A stretch of 25,184 bases of DNA from a virus. Its lineage: Duplodnaviria; Caudoviricetes. The stretch spans positions 1-25,184 of IMG/VR virus record IMGVR_UViG_3300044676_003475; one strand, 5' to 3'. Below, one piece after another: positions 16,067-25,184 of the stretch. How positions within the stretch are numbered: position 1 is the stretch's first letter; each line of letters starts with the position of its first letter. The notes beneath the pieces were generated by a model. The model was not told the origin of the DNA. It did no database searches and was given only the letters and a program-made list of their open reading frames with translations. The translations under genes were made by a program, and so were the position numbers.

Positions 16067-16313
16067 ATATCGCGGGGAGAAGTTTTCTGGGTACAACAAA
16101 CCCAAGCGTACTCCTAACGGACCGAAGAAGTTTGCGGTGCTCGCTAAAAAAGGAGACAAGGTAAAGCTTGTTCGTTTTGGCGATCCGGATATGAAAATCA
16201 AAAAAGATCAACCATCAAACAAGAAATCATATTGCGCTCGCTCCTCTGGAATTAAGGGTACTGATGATAAGTTCAGTGCAAATTACTGGTCACGGAAAAA
16301 GTGGAATTGTTAA
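16056..16313 (+). CDS. Small basic protein (RFG...KSYCAR...NYWS..W; DUF6321-like)
   Basis: ORF 16008..16313; GTG 16056 after GGAG preferred; TAATG overlap with lysozyme. Confidence 0.7.
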   Translation: MAVEYRGEKFSGYNKPKRTPNGPKKFAVLAKKGDKVKLVRFGDPDMKIKKDQPSNKKSYCARSSGIKGTDDKFSANYWSRKKWNC

Positions 16314-16738
16314 TGAAATACGACATGACAGCACTGGAAGATCAGCTCATTGATCATGAAGGTTTAGAACTCAAGCCCTACCAGTGTACAGCCGAGAAGC
16401 TGACCATAGGAGTTGGTCGCAATATCGAAGATCGTGGTATCACGGAAGACGAAGCACGTTATCTTCTCAAGAACGACATCAAGATCGTAGAAGATGAACT
16501 ACTTGAGAAAAAACCCGTGGTTGCTGGACTTGATTCTGTTCGTCAGCGGGTGCTTGTGGACATGGGCTTCAATCTCGGCATCCCAACTCTTTTGAAATTT
16601 CAAAACATGTGGAACGCGATTGAGGAAGAAGACTTCGAGACTGCGGCGGAAGAGGCTATGGACTCCCGCTGGGCAAAGCAGGTAGGTCGTCGCGCAGAGA
16701 GACTCTGTCAGGCGATGTCTACAGGTGAGTGGGTTTAA
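16313..16738 (+). CDS. T4-type (GH24) lysozyme
   Basis: HEG..LKPYQC....LTIGVGRN catalytic loop, MGFNLG, DSRWAKQVGRRA. Confidence 0.9.
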   Translation: MKYDMTALEDQLIDHEGLELKPYQCTAEKLTIGVGRNIEDRGITEDEARYLLKNDIKIVEDELLEKKPVVAGLDSVRQRVLVDMGFNLGIPTLLKFQNMWNAIEEEDFETAAEEAMDSRWAKQVGRRAERLCQAMSTGEWV

Positions 16739-17104
16739 ATGACCGTAGGCCGGAACGTTACAACAAACAGCCGGATGAAGACCGTGAATATCACGGCAAC
16801 AACGAGTGCTCAAGAAGAAACGTTGTACACTTGCCCATCGAATTGTCGTGCTCACGTATCAATGCTAATGGTCACGAATGTGACAGGAACTACAACGGTT
16901 GACGTTCAATTCCACCGTTCCGCCGATTCGTCTATCGTGCACATCCTTGGCGGTAAGAACCTAGGTGCAGGTGAGTACGTTTTATTTACAGGTGCAGAAA
17001 TGGTGATGGATTCTGGGGATCACATCACAATAACACCGACAGGCAGTGGCCCGCAAGTTGACTTAATGGCAACTGTCGAAGAATTCTTTGTTATTCCCGG
17101 ATAA
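16739..17104 (+). CDS. Putative virion beta-rich protein
   Basis: TLYTCPSN.., alternating beta pattern; tail cluster context. Confidence 0.65.
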   Translation: MTVGRNVTTNSRMKTVNITATTSAQEETLYTCPSNCRAHVSMLMVTNVTGTTTVDVQFHRSADSSIVHILGGKNLGAGEYVLFTGAEMVMDSGDHITITPTGSGPQVDLMATVEEFFVIPG

Positions 17105-17130
17105 CAAGAACACCCCCAAAGGAGAAAATA

Positions 17131-17550
17131 ATGAGTAAATCAAACTACCTTGAGAACGCTGTTCTCGACTTCTGGTTGAAGGCAAACTCGGGCACTTACA
17201 GCTCACCTTCTACCGTATACCTCGGAATCTTTAGCTCCGACCCAACAGACGCGGGCTCAGGAACAGAGATTGCATCGACTGGTTACACAGCAACTGGCGC
17301 AGGATCAAACGCTCGCCCACCAATTACATTTGGTAGCGCATCAAGCGGATCAATCGCAGGTCCAACATCTGATATTGAATATGAGAACACCAGTGGCTCT
17401 AGCTTCACTGTATCTCACTTCGGTGTCTTTGACGCGGCTACTTCAGGTAACCTCCTCTATCACGGCTCTCTATCTTCAAGTAAAACCATTGCAAACGGCG
17501 ATTCAATCCGTTTTGAATCTTCTTCAGCAATCACTATTACTGAGGGCTAA
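17131..17550 (+). CDS. Virion/tail-fibre-associated protein
   Basis: SNYLEN.VLD, HFGVFDAATSGNLL, GDSIRF motifs; AGGAG RBS. Confidence 0.75.
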   Translation: MSKSNYLENAVLDFWLKANSGTYSSPSTVYLGIFSSDPTDAGSGTEIASTGYTATGAGSNARPPITFGSASSGSIAGPTSDIEYENTSGSSFTVSHFGVFDAATSGNLLYHGSLSSSKTIANGDSIRFESSSAITITEG

Positions 17551-17553
17551 TCG

Positions 17554-19959
17554 ATGGCACTTGTTGTCGCTGATCGTGTAAAGGAAACTTCCACCACGAC
17601 AGGTACCGGTACCTTCTCACTTGGGGGTGCCGCTGACGGTTTCCAAACTTTTGTCGCAGGCGTAGGTAACACAAATACTACGTACTATGCTATTGTGGAT
17701 AGCGCGACAGGGGATTGGGAAGTAGGTATTGGAACTGTTACGGATGGAAGTCCGGATACACTTTCACGCGACACGGTGCTTGAGTCGTCAAACTCCGATA
17801 GTAAAGTTAGCTTTGGCTCTGGAAACAAAAGTGTTTTCTGTACCCAGCCTGCTGAAAAAGCTGTTTACTTAGACGCTTCGGGTAACCTCTCTACTACAAT
17901 TAACACCGGGGAGATTGCAGATAATGCGATCAACGCGGCGAAACTCAATGTATCTGGTAACGGTACAACAGCTCAGTTTCTCCGCTCCGATGGTGATGGT
18001 ACGTTTAGTTGGGCAACGCCCACAGACACAAACACAACGTACTCAACAGCAACCTCTTCTACGCTCGGCCTAGTCAAGATTGGCTACACGGAGAACGGTA
18101 AGAACTACCCGGTTGAGCTGTCAAGTGGACAGATGTTTGTTAATGTGCCGTGGGTCGACACGGATACTGATACAACCTACAGTAATGCAACAACATCTAC
18201 CGCCGGACTCATGTCGTCAACTGACAAGTCTAAGCTCAATGGTATTGAATCAGGAGCGACCGGGGACCAAACAGCTTCAGAGATCCTCACAGCAATTAAA
18301 ACCGTCGATGGTTCTGGCTCCGGCCTCGATGCAGATACTCTTGACGGTCAACAAGCAAGTGCGTTTTTAACCTCGTACACTGAAACTGATACTCTTGCTT
18401 CAGTCACCGCTCGTGGTGCTACGACAACTAACGCCATATCGACAGGAAGTATAACAACCTCCGGACATATCAATCTACCTAACGACCACTACGTAAATCG
18501 TCAATTTCAGATGGACGCAGTGGATAATAACGGCACGGTGTATATATTACTATGTCGCAACACGGGCAATAACGATGTAAATGGTACCTTAACAATGGAC
18601 CGTACATCAGGACTTCGACACGCCTGTCAAGTTGATATTATTGTATCTGCCGGATCTTCTGCCGCACCTATCGGTTCTTTACGCGCTCACGGCGTAGCTG
18701 GAAACGGAGAGCCATCATACCAGCTAGTAACAGTTACGTACTCTTCGGATTCAAACTCTTACGTAGCCTTAAAAATCGTAAACCCAGATAACTATTACGA
18801 AACGTCCGGGGCTTATTTTACAGGACGGATTGCTAACAGCGGGTCAAACACACTTACACCCGTCACTAGCTCAGATGTATCTAATGAAAGTGGCTTAACA
18901 GTATTGTCCCGCCATTCCGTAGACGGTACTTTTGAGGTTACAGGTAACATCACTGTCTCAGGGACTGTCGATGGACGAGATGTAGCGTCTGACGGTAGCA
19001 AGCTAGATGGCATCGAGTCCGGTGCGACAGCAGACCAGACTGCCGCAGAAATTCGTGCTCTTGTGGAAGCCGCTACAGATTCAAATGTGTTTACAGATGC
19101 TGACCACTCAAAACTTAATGGCATCTCCTCTGGAGCCGAAGTCAACCAAAATGCGTTTTCCAATGTTGCCGTATCTGGTCAGACCACTGTTGCCGCAGAC
19201 TCCGAAACGGATACCTTAACGCTTGTTGCAGGCAGTAATGTTACCTTAACAACAAACGCTACTGGCGATTCCATAACAATTGCGTCAACCGACACTAACA
19301 CAGATACAAACACCACGTACTCGATCAGTGCCGAGACAGCGACGGGAGGAGCAAACCTCCGGTTGACTGATAGCGGTGCGGGCACGGATGACGTTAAGTT
19401 TGCCGCCGGGTCTAACGTAAGCATCAGCCGTACCGACGCTAATACCATAACCATCGCCTCGAGCTACACCGATACCAACACAACCTACACAGCAGGCACT
19501 GGTCTAACACTAGACGGTACAGAGTTTGATGTTAACGTAAGTGCTACCACTCAAACAACAGCCGCGAACAGTGTTTCTTCTACCGCTTCGCGCACTTACG
19601 CTGTTCAAGTCGATGGGTCAGATAACCTCGTTGTTAACGTCCCATGGGTCGATACTGACACCAACACAACCTACACGAATCTCTCTGAGTTTACAAACAA
19701 TGTTGGGTACCTAACCAGTGTTGCGTTCACAGATATCGCCGGGTCCGCAGTACAAACTTCCGGGGAATCTTTCTCTGACTCTGACACTGTCTTAATGACA
19801 GCCGCGGCAATCGAGGATAGGTACCTTAAAACAAGTTCTGTTGTCGTTCCGTTCTTTAAGAGCGACGGTAGCTCCGATACAATTTCCTTGACCGTAGACA
19901 GCGAGCTTCCTTTCTTCAAGGCGGACAGTTCTGCGTCCAACATCTCATTAACGACATAG
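17554..19959 (+). CDS. Tail fibre protein (mosaic)
   Basis: MALVVADRVKETSTTTGTG anchor, repeated DTNTTY and KL.GI..GA units, GLDADTLDG. Confidence 0.85.
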   Translation: MALVVADRVKETSTTTGTGTFSLGGAADGFQTFVAGVGNTNTTYYAIVDSATGDWEVGIGTVTDGSPDTLSRDTVLESSNSDSKVSFGSGNKSVFCTQPAEKAVYLDASGNLSTTINTGEIADNAINAAKLNVSGNGTTAQFLRSDGDGTFSWATPTDTNTTYSTATSSTLGLVKIGYTENGKNYPVELSSGQMFVNVPWVDTDTDTTYSNATTSTAGLMSSTDKSKLNGIESGATGDQTASEILTAIKTVDGSGSGLDADTLDGQQASAFLTSYTETDTLASVTARGATTTNAISTGSITTSGHINLPNDHYVNRQFQMDAVDNNGTVYILLCRNTGNNDVNGTLTMDRTSGLRHACQVDIIVSAGSSAAPIGSLRAHGVAGNGEPSYQLVTVTYSSDSNSYVALKIVNPDNYYETSGAYFTGRIANSGSNTLTPVTSSDVSNESGLTVLSRHSVDGTFEVTGNITVSGTVDGRDVASDGSKLDGIESGATADQTAAEIRALVEAATDSNVFTDADHSKLNGISSGAEVNQNAFSNVAVSGQTTVAADSETDTLTLVAGSNVTLTTNATGDSITIASTDTNTDTNTTYSISAETATGGANLRLTDSGAGTDDVKFAAGSNVSISRTDANTITIASSYTDTNTTYTAGTGLTLDGTEFDVNVSATTQTTAANSVSSTASRTYAVQVDGSDNLVVNVPWVDTDTNTTYTNLSEFTNNVGYLTSVAFTDIAGSAVQTSGESFSDSDTVLMTAAAIEDRYLKTSSVVVPFFKSDGSSDTISLTVDSELPFFKADSSASNISLTT

Positions 19960-19968
19960 GGTTAAGCA

Positions 19969-20481
19969 ATGGCTAAGTTAGTCAAGTCAATATACACGGG
20001 ATCAGACGTAACGTCTCTTGGTGAGATCACATCTTCGGACACCATCGAAGACGATTTGATCTTTGCTGACAACACAGCCCTAAAGTTTGGGACAAACTCT
20101 GATGCTGTAATTCAGTACGATGAGACGACAGATGACAGGCTCGAGATTACGGGAACAACTGTTTACGTCCAAAAGAATGCGGTTAGTACAGTGACCGCTG
20201 AAAACGACGGGTCATTCGATCTTGCTACAGGTAATTATTTTACGTGTACTCCGACCGGAGCAATCGATCTAACATTCACGAACGAAACCGCAGGACAGAC
20301 AGGGACAATCCTCCTCGTCAATACTACTCCGCAGGTTATAACTGTAGCGGCCGACGTGTTTCTATCAGATGCAGATCTCACGACGATCAACGTAGCCGGG
20401 ACTTACCTTATGTCCTACTACTGCCCTGACGGAACTAACGTATACTTATCCGCAACCCCAGCCCTCACAGAAGGTTCGTAA
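19969..20481 (+). CDS. Tail fibre-associated protein
   Basis: Beta-rich; FDLATGNYF, GQTGTI, YYCPDGTNVY fibre-tip-like motifs. Confidence 0.65.
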   Translation: MAKLVKSIYTGSDVTSLGEITSSDTIEDDLIFADNTALKFGTNSDAVIQYDETTDDRLEITGTTVYVQKNAVSTVTAENDGSFDLATGNYFTCTPTGAIDLTFTNETAGQTGTILLVNTTPQVITVAADVFLSDADLTTINVAGTYLMSYYCPDGTNVYLSATPALTEGS

Positions 20482-20491
20482 GGAGAGTTAA

Positions 20492-21844
20492 GTGGCGTTC
20501 GCAGTCTTCGCATTTGGTGAAGTACCCTATAGCGTAGGTACATCCGGACAAGCGATTGTTGCGACAGCCTCTGCGACAGGCGTAGCAACTACCTCTGGTG
20601 TTGCCGTCTCGGTTGCAGAACCAACAGGATCAGTAACAGGAACATCGGTATCTTCTACCTCTGCGGTTGGTGTTGCGAATGTCACATCCTCCGTATCTGG
20701 AACATCGACAAGTTCTTCGAGTTCCCAAGCTGTTGCCAACTCAACAACAACGGTAACAGCGAACGCAGTAACTAGCTCCTCAGCGGATGCAGTCGCCAAT
20801 GTATCGGCAACCGCGACAGGAACCGCGACAGGATCATCTGGATCTGTTGCCATCGCGAATACCTTCGGTACAGCGGCAGGCACAGCGACAGTAGCGGTAG
20901 CCAACGTAACACTCGGCCCCGCAGACGTAACTATCAGCGCGGCGGCTACCACATCTGGTTCTGCCGTCGAGATTTCGGTAGGATCAGGCTCCGTATCCGG
21001 TGCGGGAACTACTACTGGGGAGGCTATAGAGTTAGCCAACTCGACCGGCACCGTAGTAGGCATTTCGAGTACCTCTGGTACAATTGTTTCGGTAGCCAAT
21101 CCGACATCGACTGCTATTGGTACAGCTACGACGCAAGGAGCGGCTGTCTCTGTTGCGAATCCTACGGCGACAAGCACGGGTACTACAACAGTAACCGGAG
21201 CCGCTGTAGACGTTTCTGAGGGCATTGGTGACACTGTCGTCGGAACTTCGGTAAATACATCGACAGCAGATGCGATTGGGGTTGTAACGGGTAGCGTTAC
21301 AGGTACCGCAACTTCAAGCTCGACTGCGGACGGTATTGCAAACGTAACGTCTTCTGTTACGGGCACATCGGAGAGTACCTCCGACACTATCGTCCTAGCG
21401 TTTGCAACTGCGTCAGCGGTAGGTACCGCCGAAGGATCATCTGGAGCTGTAGCGGTTGCCAACACGTTCGGAACCTCTACAGGCACAGCCACGGTATCAG
21501 GGACGATAGTCTCAGTTAAAGTACCTTCTGGATCGTCTTTAGGGGTTGCTACAACACAATCTACTGGAGTTGCCGTAAGGCTTGTCGAGTCGAGTGTTGT
21601 CGGGACATCGACGACCACAGGGTCCGGAAAAATAGCTAGCCAGATTTCCGGTACAGCGACAGGCACAGCGACTACTGTTGCATCGGGTTACGTATCCTTC
21701 TACTTTAACCCTGAGTTGTACGACCGAGACCGCACAGTATATGTACGAGCGGAAACATCGAGAACTATCAAGGTTACGAGCGCAGAATCCCGCATAGTTT
21801 ATGTTACGCAAGAAGTTTCACGAGAATTAAAGGTGGCCGCATAA
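20492..21844 (+). CDS. Thr/Ser/Ala/Val/Gly-rich repeat virion protein
   Basis: GTG start after AAGGAG; ~20-aa periodic repeats; charged C-terminal R.VYV repeats. Confidence 0.75.
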   Translation: MAFAVFAFGEVPYSVGTSGQAIVATASATGVATTSGVAVSVAEPTGSVTGTSVSSTSAVGVANVTSSVSGTSTSSSSSQAVANSTTTVTANAVTSSSADAVANVSATATGTATGSSGSVAIANTFGTAAGTATVAVANVTLGPADVTISAAATTSGSAVEISVGSGSVSGAGTTTGEAIELANSTGTVVGISSTSGTIVSVANPTSTAIGTATTQGAAVSVANPTATSTGTTTVTGAAVDVSEGIGDTVVGTSVNTSTADAIGVVTGSVTGTATSSSTADGIANVTSSVTGTSESTSDTIVLAFATASAVGTAEGSSGAVAVANTFGTSTGTATVSGTIVSVKVPSGSSLGVATTQSTGVAVRLVESSVVGTSTTTGSGKIASQISGTATGTATTVASGYVSFYFNPELYDRDRTVYVRAETSRTIKVTSAESRIVYVTQEVSRELKVAA

Positions 21845-21845
21845 A

Positions 21846-22196
21846 ATGGCATTGAAGTTTCCCGACAAAGACCCCGATGAGATCTTGGACTACACAGTCG
21901 ATTGGTCTCGTTATTTAGGCGACCTCACGATTGACACAGGCGGTGATGCTGTTGTGTGGAAGATCAAGGATGCGGATGGTGTGTACCAGACAATATCAGG
22001 TAGTGACACCGTCAACGGCCTCACAGTCAACAGTACCAATAATACAACGACAACTGCGACGATTGTTTTGGATGCAGGGACAGCGAATACGACGTACACA
22101 CTTCAGTGCCAAGTCCGCACGAGTATCTCGGATAAAACCAACGCAAAGATCACGACAGCCCGTGAAGTCAACCTACGTGTACGGGAGCGTTCATAA
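21846..22196 (+). CDS. Putative fibre-tail adaptor
   Basis: KDPDEILDYTVDWS motif. Confidence 0.7.
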   Translation: MALKFPDKDPDEILDYTVDWSRYLGDLTIDTGGDAVVWKIKDADGVYQTISGSDTVNGLTVNSTNNTTTTATIVLDAGTANTTYTLQCQVRTSISDKTNAKITTAREVNLRVRERS

Positions 22197-22876
22197 TGGC
22201 CTATAACTTTCTAGGACTCGTAAATGATGGTGCGTTACGCCTCAACGAGACACAGTTAACATCGAGCAACTTCGATACAGCGAAGGGATTCTACGCAACA
22301 TTAAAAGAAGCAGTAAACTCTTCTATACGCCACATTAACCAAGCGCACTTCTTTTGGCCGTACAACCACAACAAGGAAGAACTAACCCTAACTCCGGGAG
22401 TCTCTCGATACGCTGTTCCGGATAACACTAAGTATGTTGATTTTAGCTCATTCCGTGTGAAGCGGGACACAGATCTCAATGTAGGCGAGGGTCGTCGTCT
22501 TGTGCAAATGACTTACATCGAGTATCTAGATAAGTACATCGATCAGGAGTACGAGACAAATACAGCCGTAGGGGGCGTACCCCGAAATGTAGCGAGGACG
22601 CCGGACGAGAACTTTGCGATTGTTCCGATGCCAGATAAAGCGTACGAGATTGAGTACGAGTTTTACATGGAGCCGGTGGATCTTGAGTCGTACGATGATG
22701 TGCCGACAGTACCCGAAAGATTCCGGCATGTTGTTGTCGACGGCATGATGTACTACGCATACATGTTCCGCGATAATATTGAACTCGCGGGCATGGCTCA
22801 GAATAAATTCGAGAATGGTATCAAGAATATGCGTACCCTTCTCATCAATGAGAACGCCTACTTTAGGTCTTTCTAA
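22196..22876 (+). CDS. Tail adaptor / tail tubular protein A-like
   Basis: FL.LVN..L.RLNE, WP, P.PDKAY, D.P.VP motifs; precedes nozzle gene. Confidence 0.75.
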   Translation: MAYNFLGLVNDGALRLNETQLTSSNFDTAKGFYATLKEAVNSSIRHINQAHFFWPYNHNKEELTLTPGVSRYAVPDNTKYVDFSSFRVKRDTDLNVGEGRRLVQMTYIEYLDKYIDQEYETNTAVGGVPRNVARTPDENFAIVPMPDKAYEIEYEFYMEPVDLESYDDVPTVPERFRHVVVDGMMYYAYMFRDNIELAGMAQNKFENGIKNMRTLLINENAYFRSF

Positions 22877-24403
22877 ATGGATAGATGGCAAACATTCCCG
22901 CTCGAGTTTAAAGGTGGCCTAATTACAAATATGGCACCTGTACAACAAGGGCTCCAGTTTCCGGGATCTGCGGTAACTCTCCGTAATTTCGAGCCATCGG
23001 TTGAGGGTGGTTATCGTCGTATCGAGGGCTATTCCAAATGGGATGACGCTCAGTTAGCCGGTAGCGGTGCAGTTCGTGGGGTTGTCGAGTTTGAGCAATC
23101 AGCTATTGCTACTCGTGGAACTCACGTCTATCAATCGGGTGGAGCGGGTTGGACGCAACTTACAGACAACGCAACTTACAGTTCATCCGGTATAAATATT
23201 AGTGGATCAGCCCGTACTCGTTTCGCAAAACATCACTTCGGTTCTAATGACGTACTGATTATTACGGATGGCAATGACCTTCCGTATAAGTTTGATGGTA
23301 CAACCTTTGCACAGATCACAACAGGAACCGGAGACATTGATGGTGCGACAGATGTTATTGAGCACAAGAACCATTTGTTCTTTGCAAAAGCCACAACCCT
23401 AACATTTTCAGCACCTTTTAGCGACACAGACTTTACACCCGCCTCTGGTGCCGGTACAATAGAGTTTGATAGAGCGATCACAGACATGATCTCCTTCCGC
23501 GAAAACCTCTTTATTTTTACGGAAGGTTCTATCCACCAAATATCCGGGTCAACGATTGCAGATTTTAACGTCGTACCTGTCACCCGTGATATTGGCGCAG
23601 TACGTCCTGACACTGCCCAAGAAGTTGGTGGTGATATTATGTTCTTGGGCCCTGATGGTTTACGTCTCCTCAGTGCAACAGACAGGAACAATGACTTTGG
23701 ACTCGCGGTTGTATCGAAGCTAATACAGCCAACAATGTCTGCGTTTGTCCGGGCGTCTAGCACGTTCTCAAGTGTTGTTATCCGGGGTAAGTCCCAATAT
23801 CGATTGCTCGGCTACAACGAAAGTTATACGGATCGAGCGGCTCGAGGAATTCTCGGCACTCAGTTTGCGGAACAAGGCGGGGAAGGCATGGCGTGGGCGG
23901 AACTCCGCGGTATCAACGCCTACGTTGCCTCGAGTAGCTTGAACGATAACACCGAGTACGTTTTGTTCGCAAATGACGACGGCTACGTCTACCAAATGGA
24001 GTCGGGCAATAGTTTTGACGGTGCTGAAATACCTGCGAGTTTTAAGACCCCAGCTCTTTCTATCACTGACCCGACAACACGAAAGAGTCTTTACAAAGCA
24101 AAACTATTTCTCGATCCGCAAGGTGGTTTTACTGCGGAGATGTCTACGGAGTTTGATTTTGGTGAGACAGATGTCGTACAACCTGACGAGGTCGAGTTCT
24201 CAAACGTAGCGGCGCAGGTTGCTTTCTACGGTCAGGCTGAGTACGGTGGCGGCTCTTTTGGCGGCAGACTTCAGTACATATTTGACACCCAACTGACAGG
24301 GTCGGGCAACGTGGTTGCTTTTAACTTCACAAGTGTTTCGGATGATCCCCCGTATTCACTTGACTCAATGCTCTTACAATACGGCCAGTACGGTCGGAGG
24401 TAA
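22877..24403 (+). CDS. Tail nozzle / stabilisation protein (tubular B-like)
   Basis: GGL, NFEPSVEGGYRRIEGY, DIGA, FLGPDGLR; beta-propeller-like repeats. Confidence 0.8.
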   Translation: MDRWQTFPLEFKGGLITNMAPVQQGLQFPGSAVTLRNFEPSVEGGYRRIEGYSKWDDAQLAGSGAVRGVVEFEQSAIATRGTHVYQSGGAGWTQLTDNATYSSSGINISGSARTRFAKHHFGSNDVLIITDGNDLPYKFDGTTFAQITTGTGDIDGATDVIEHKNHLFFAKATTLTFSAPFSDTDFTPASGAGTIEFDRAITDMISFRENLFIFTEGSIHQISGSTIADFNVVPVTRDIGAVRPDTAQEVGGDIMFLGPDGLRLLSATDRNNDFGLAVVSKLIQPTMSAFVRASSTFSSVVIRGKSQYRLLGYNESYTDRAARGILGTQFAEQGGEGMAWAELRGINAYVASSSLNDNTEYVLFANDDGYVYQMESGNSFDGAEIPASFKTPALSITDPTTRKSLYKAKLFLDPQGGFTAEMSTEFDFGETDVVQPDEVEFSNVAAQVAFYGQAEYGGGSFGGRLQYIFDTQLTGSGNVVAFNFTSVSDDPPYSLDSMLLQYGQYGRR

Positions 24404-24405
24404 TA

Positions 24406-25184
24406 ATGGGAACTGGATACGTTCGTAACGATACTTCTAATAATATTGCGGATGGTAACGTCATCAATGCGTCGGACCTCGATGGAGAGTTTGATGCGGT
24501 TCAGGCGGCCTTTAATGCATCGACGGGCCACTCCCACGACGGAACTACTGGGGAAGGTCCACAGATTCAAACGGCCGGTATCGCTGATGATGCTGTCACC
24601 GGAGCTAAGATCGACTCAACGACAACGGTTACGGCCGCGAGTTTTGTAGGTCCTTTGACGGGTAATGTTGCCGGGGATGTAACGGGAGACGTTACAGGCA
24701 ACGCCGATACAGCAACTGCCCTAGCCACAGCCCGCGACATTGCGGGTAACTCATTTGATGGTACAGGCGACATTTCTATCGCGACAACAGACCTCACGGA
24801 TGTTACCGCAACAGCTACTGAAGTTAACGTTATCGATGGTGATACAACGGCTACTGCAACGACTCTCGTGGGTACTGACCGGGTAGTTGTCAATGATGCG
24901 GGTACGATGAAACAGGTTGCGATGACTGATGTGCAAACCTACGTCGATGCCAACGCAACAATCACCGAATCTCAAATCAGTGATCTCCAGAGTTACCTCA
25001 CGAGTTTTACGGAAACAAACGACCTCACATCGGCGGTAACATGGGCAGACGTACCGGACGAAAATATCACGGCGTCTTCTGTAACCCAGCACCAAGCTTC
25101 GCTATCTATTACGGAATCCCAGATTAGCGATTTCGGTACCTACGAGACTGCGGATGCAACAATCCTGAAAGATGCGGATATTGG
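24406..25184 (+). CDS. Tail fibre/spike protein, 3'-truncated
   Basis: Hand translation MGTGYVRNDTSNNIADGNVINASDLDGEFDA...GHSHDGT; GGAGG RBS; absent from ORF track, consistent with no stop inside the window. Confidence 0.8.
   Translation, partial: MGTGYVRNDTSNNIADGNVINASDLDGEFDAVQAAFNASTGHSHDGTTGEGPQIQTAGIADDAVTGAKIDSTTTVTAASFVGPLTGNVAGDVTGDVTGNADTATALATARDIAGNSFDGTGDISIATTDLTDVTATATEVNVIDGDTTATATTLVGTDRVVVNDAGTMKQVAMTDVQTYVDANATITESQISDLQSYLTSFTETNDLTSAVTWADVPDENITASSVTQHQASLSITESQISDFGTYETADATILKDADI

Noticed and set aside
20527-21666. 379-aa antisense ORF (also 8489..9073, 12570..13118, 23233..23763)
   Set aside because: Shadow of biased sense codons; no minus-strand expression signals seen

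Overview
Segment of a tailed dsDNA phage genome with essentially all genes on the + strand. Gene content and the capsid/portal/tail-tube set suggest a marine podovirus-type phage (HMO-2011/HTVC103P-like; this assignment is from recall, not a search). 1-3924 is a cluster of small early/accessory genes (GP88-like Cys protein, DUF932-like protein, HTH protein) ending in an intrinsic terminator. About 3970-4815 is a repeat- and hairpin-rich non-coding block, probably the terminus/packaging and control region, with divergent sigma70 promoters. From 4816 to the window end is the morphogenesis module: terS, terL, portal, putative ejected protein, scaffold, major capsid, lysozyme, tail fibres, adaptor and nozzle. 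Highlights: (1) a 630-aa protein between terL and portal with a tyrosine-recombinase catalytic core fused to a coiled-coil/hydrophobic tail; (2) a ~100-nt minus-strand sRNA with its own promoter and terminator, sharing a 14-nt 5' motif with a late promoter 11 kb away; (3) a tandem, covarying RNA hairpin motif before the scaffold gene; (4) a DUF6973-like domain ending an 804-aa putative virion protein; (5) a gene overlapping the portal 3' end.
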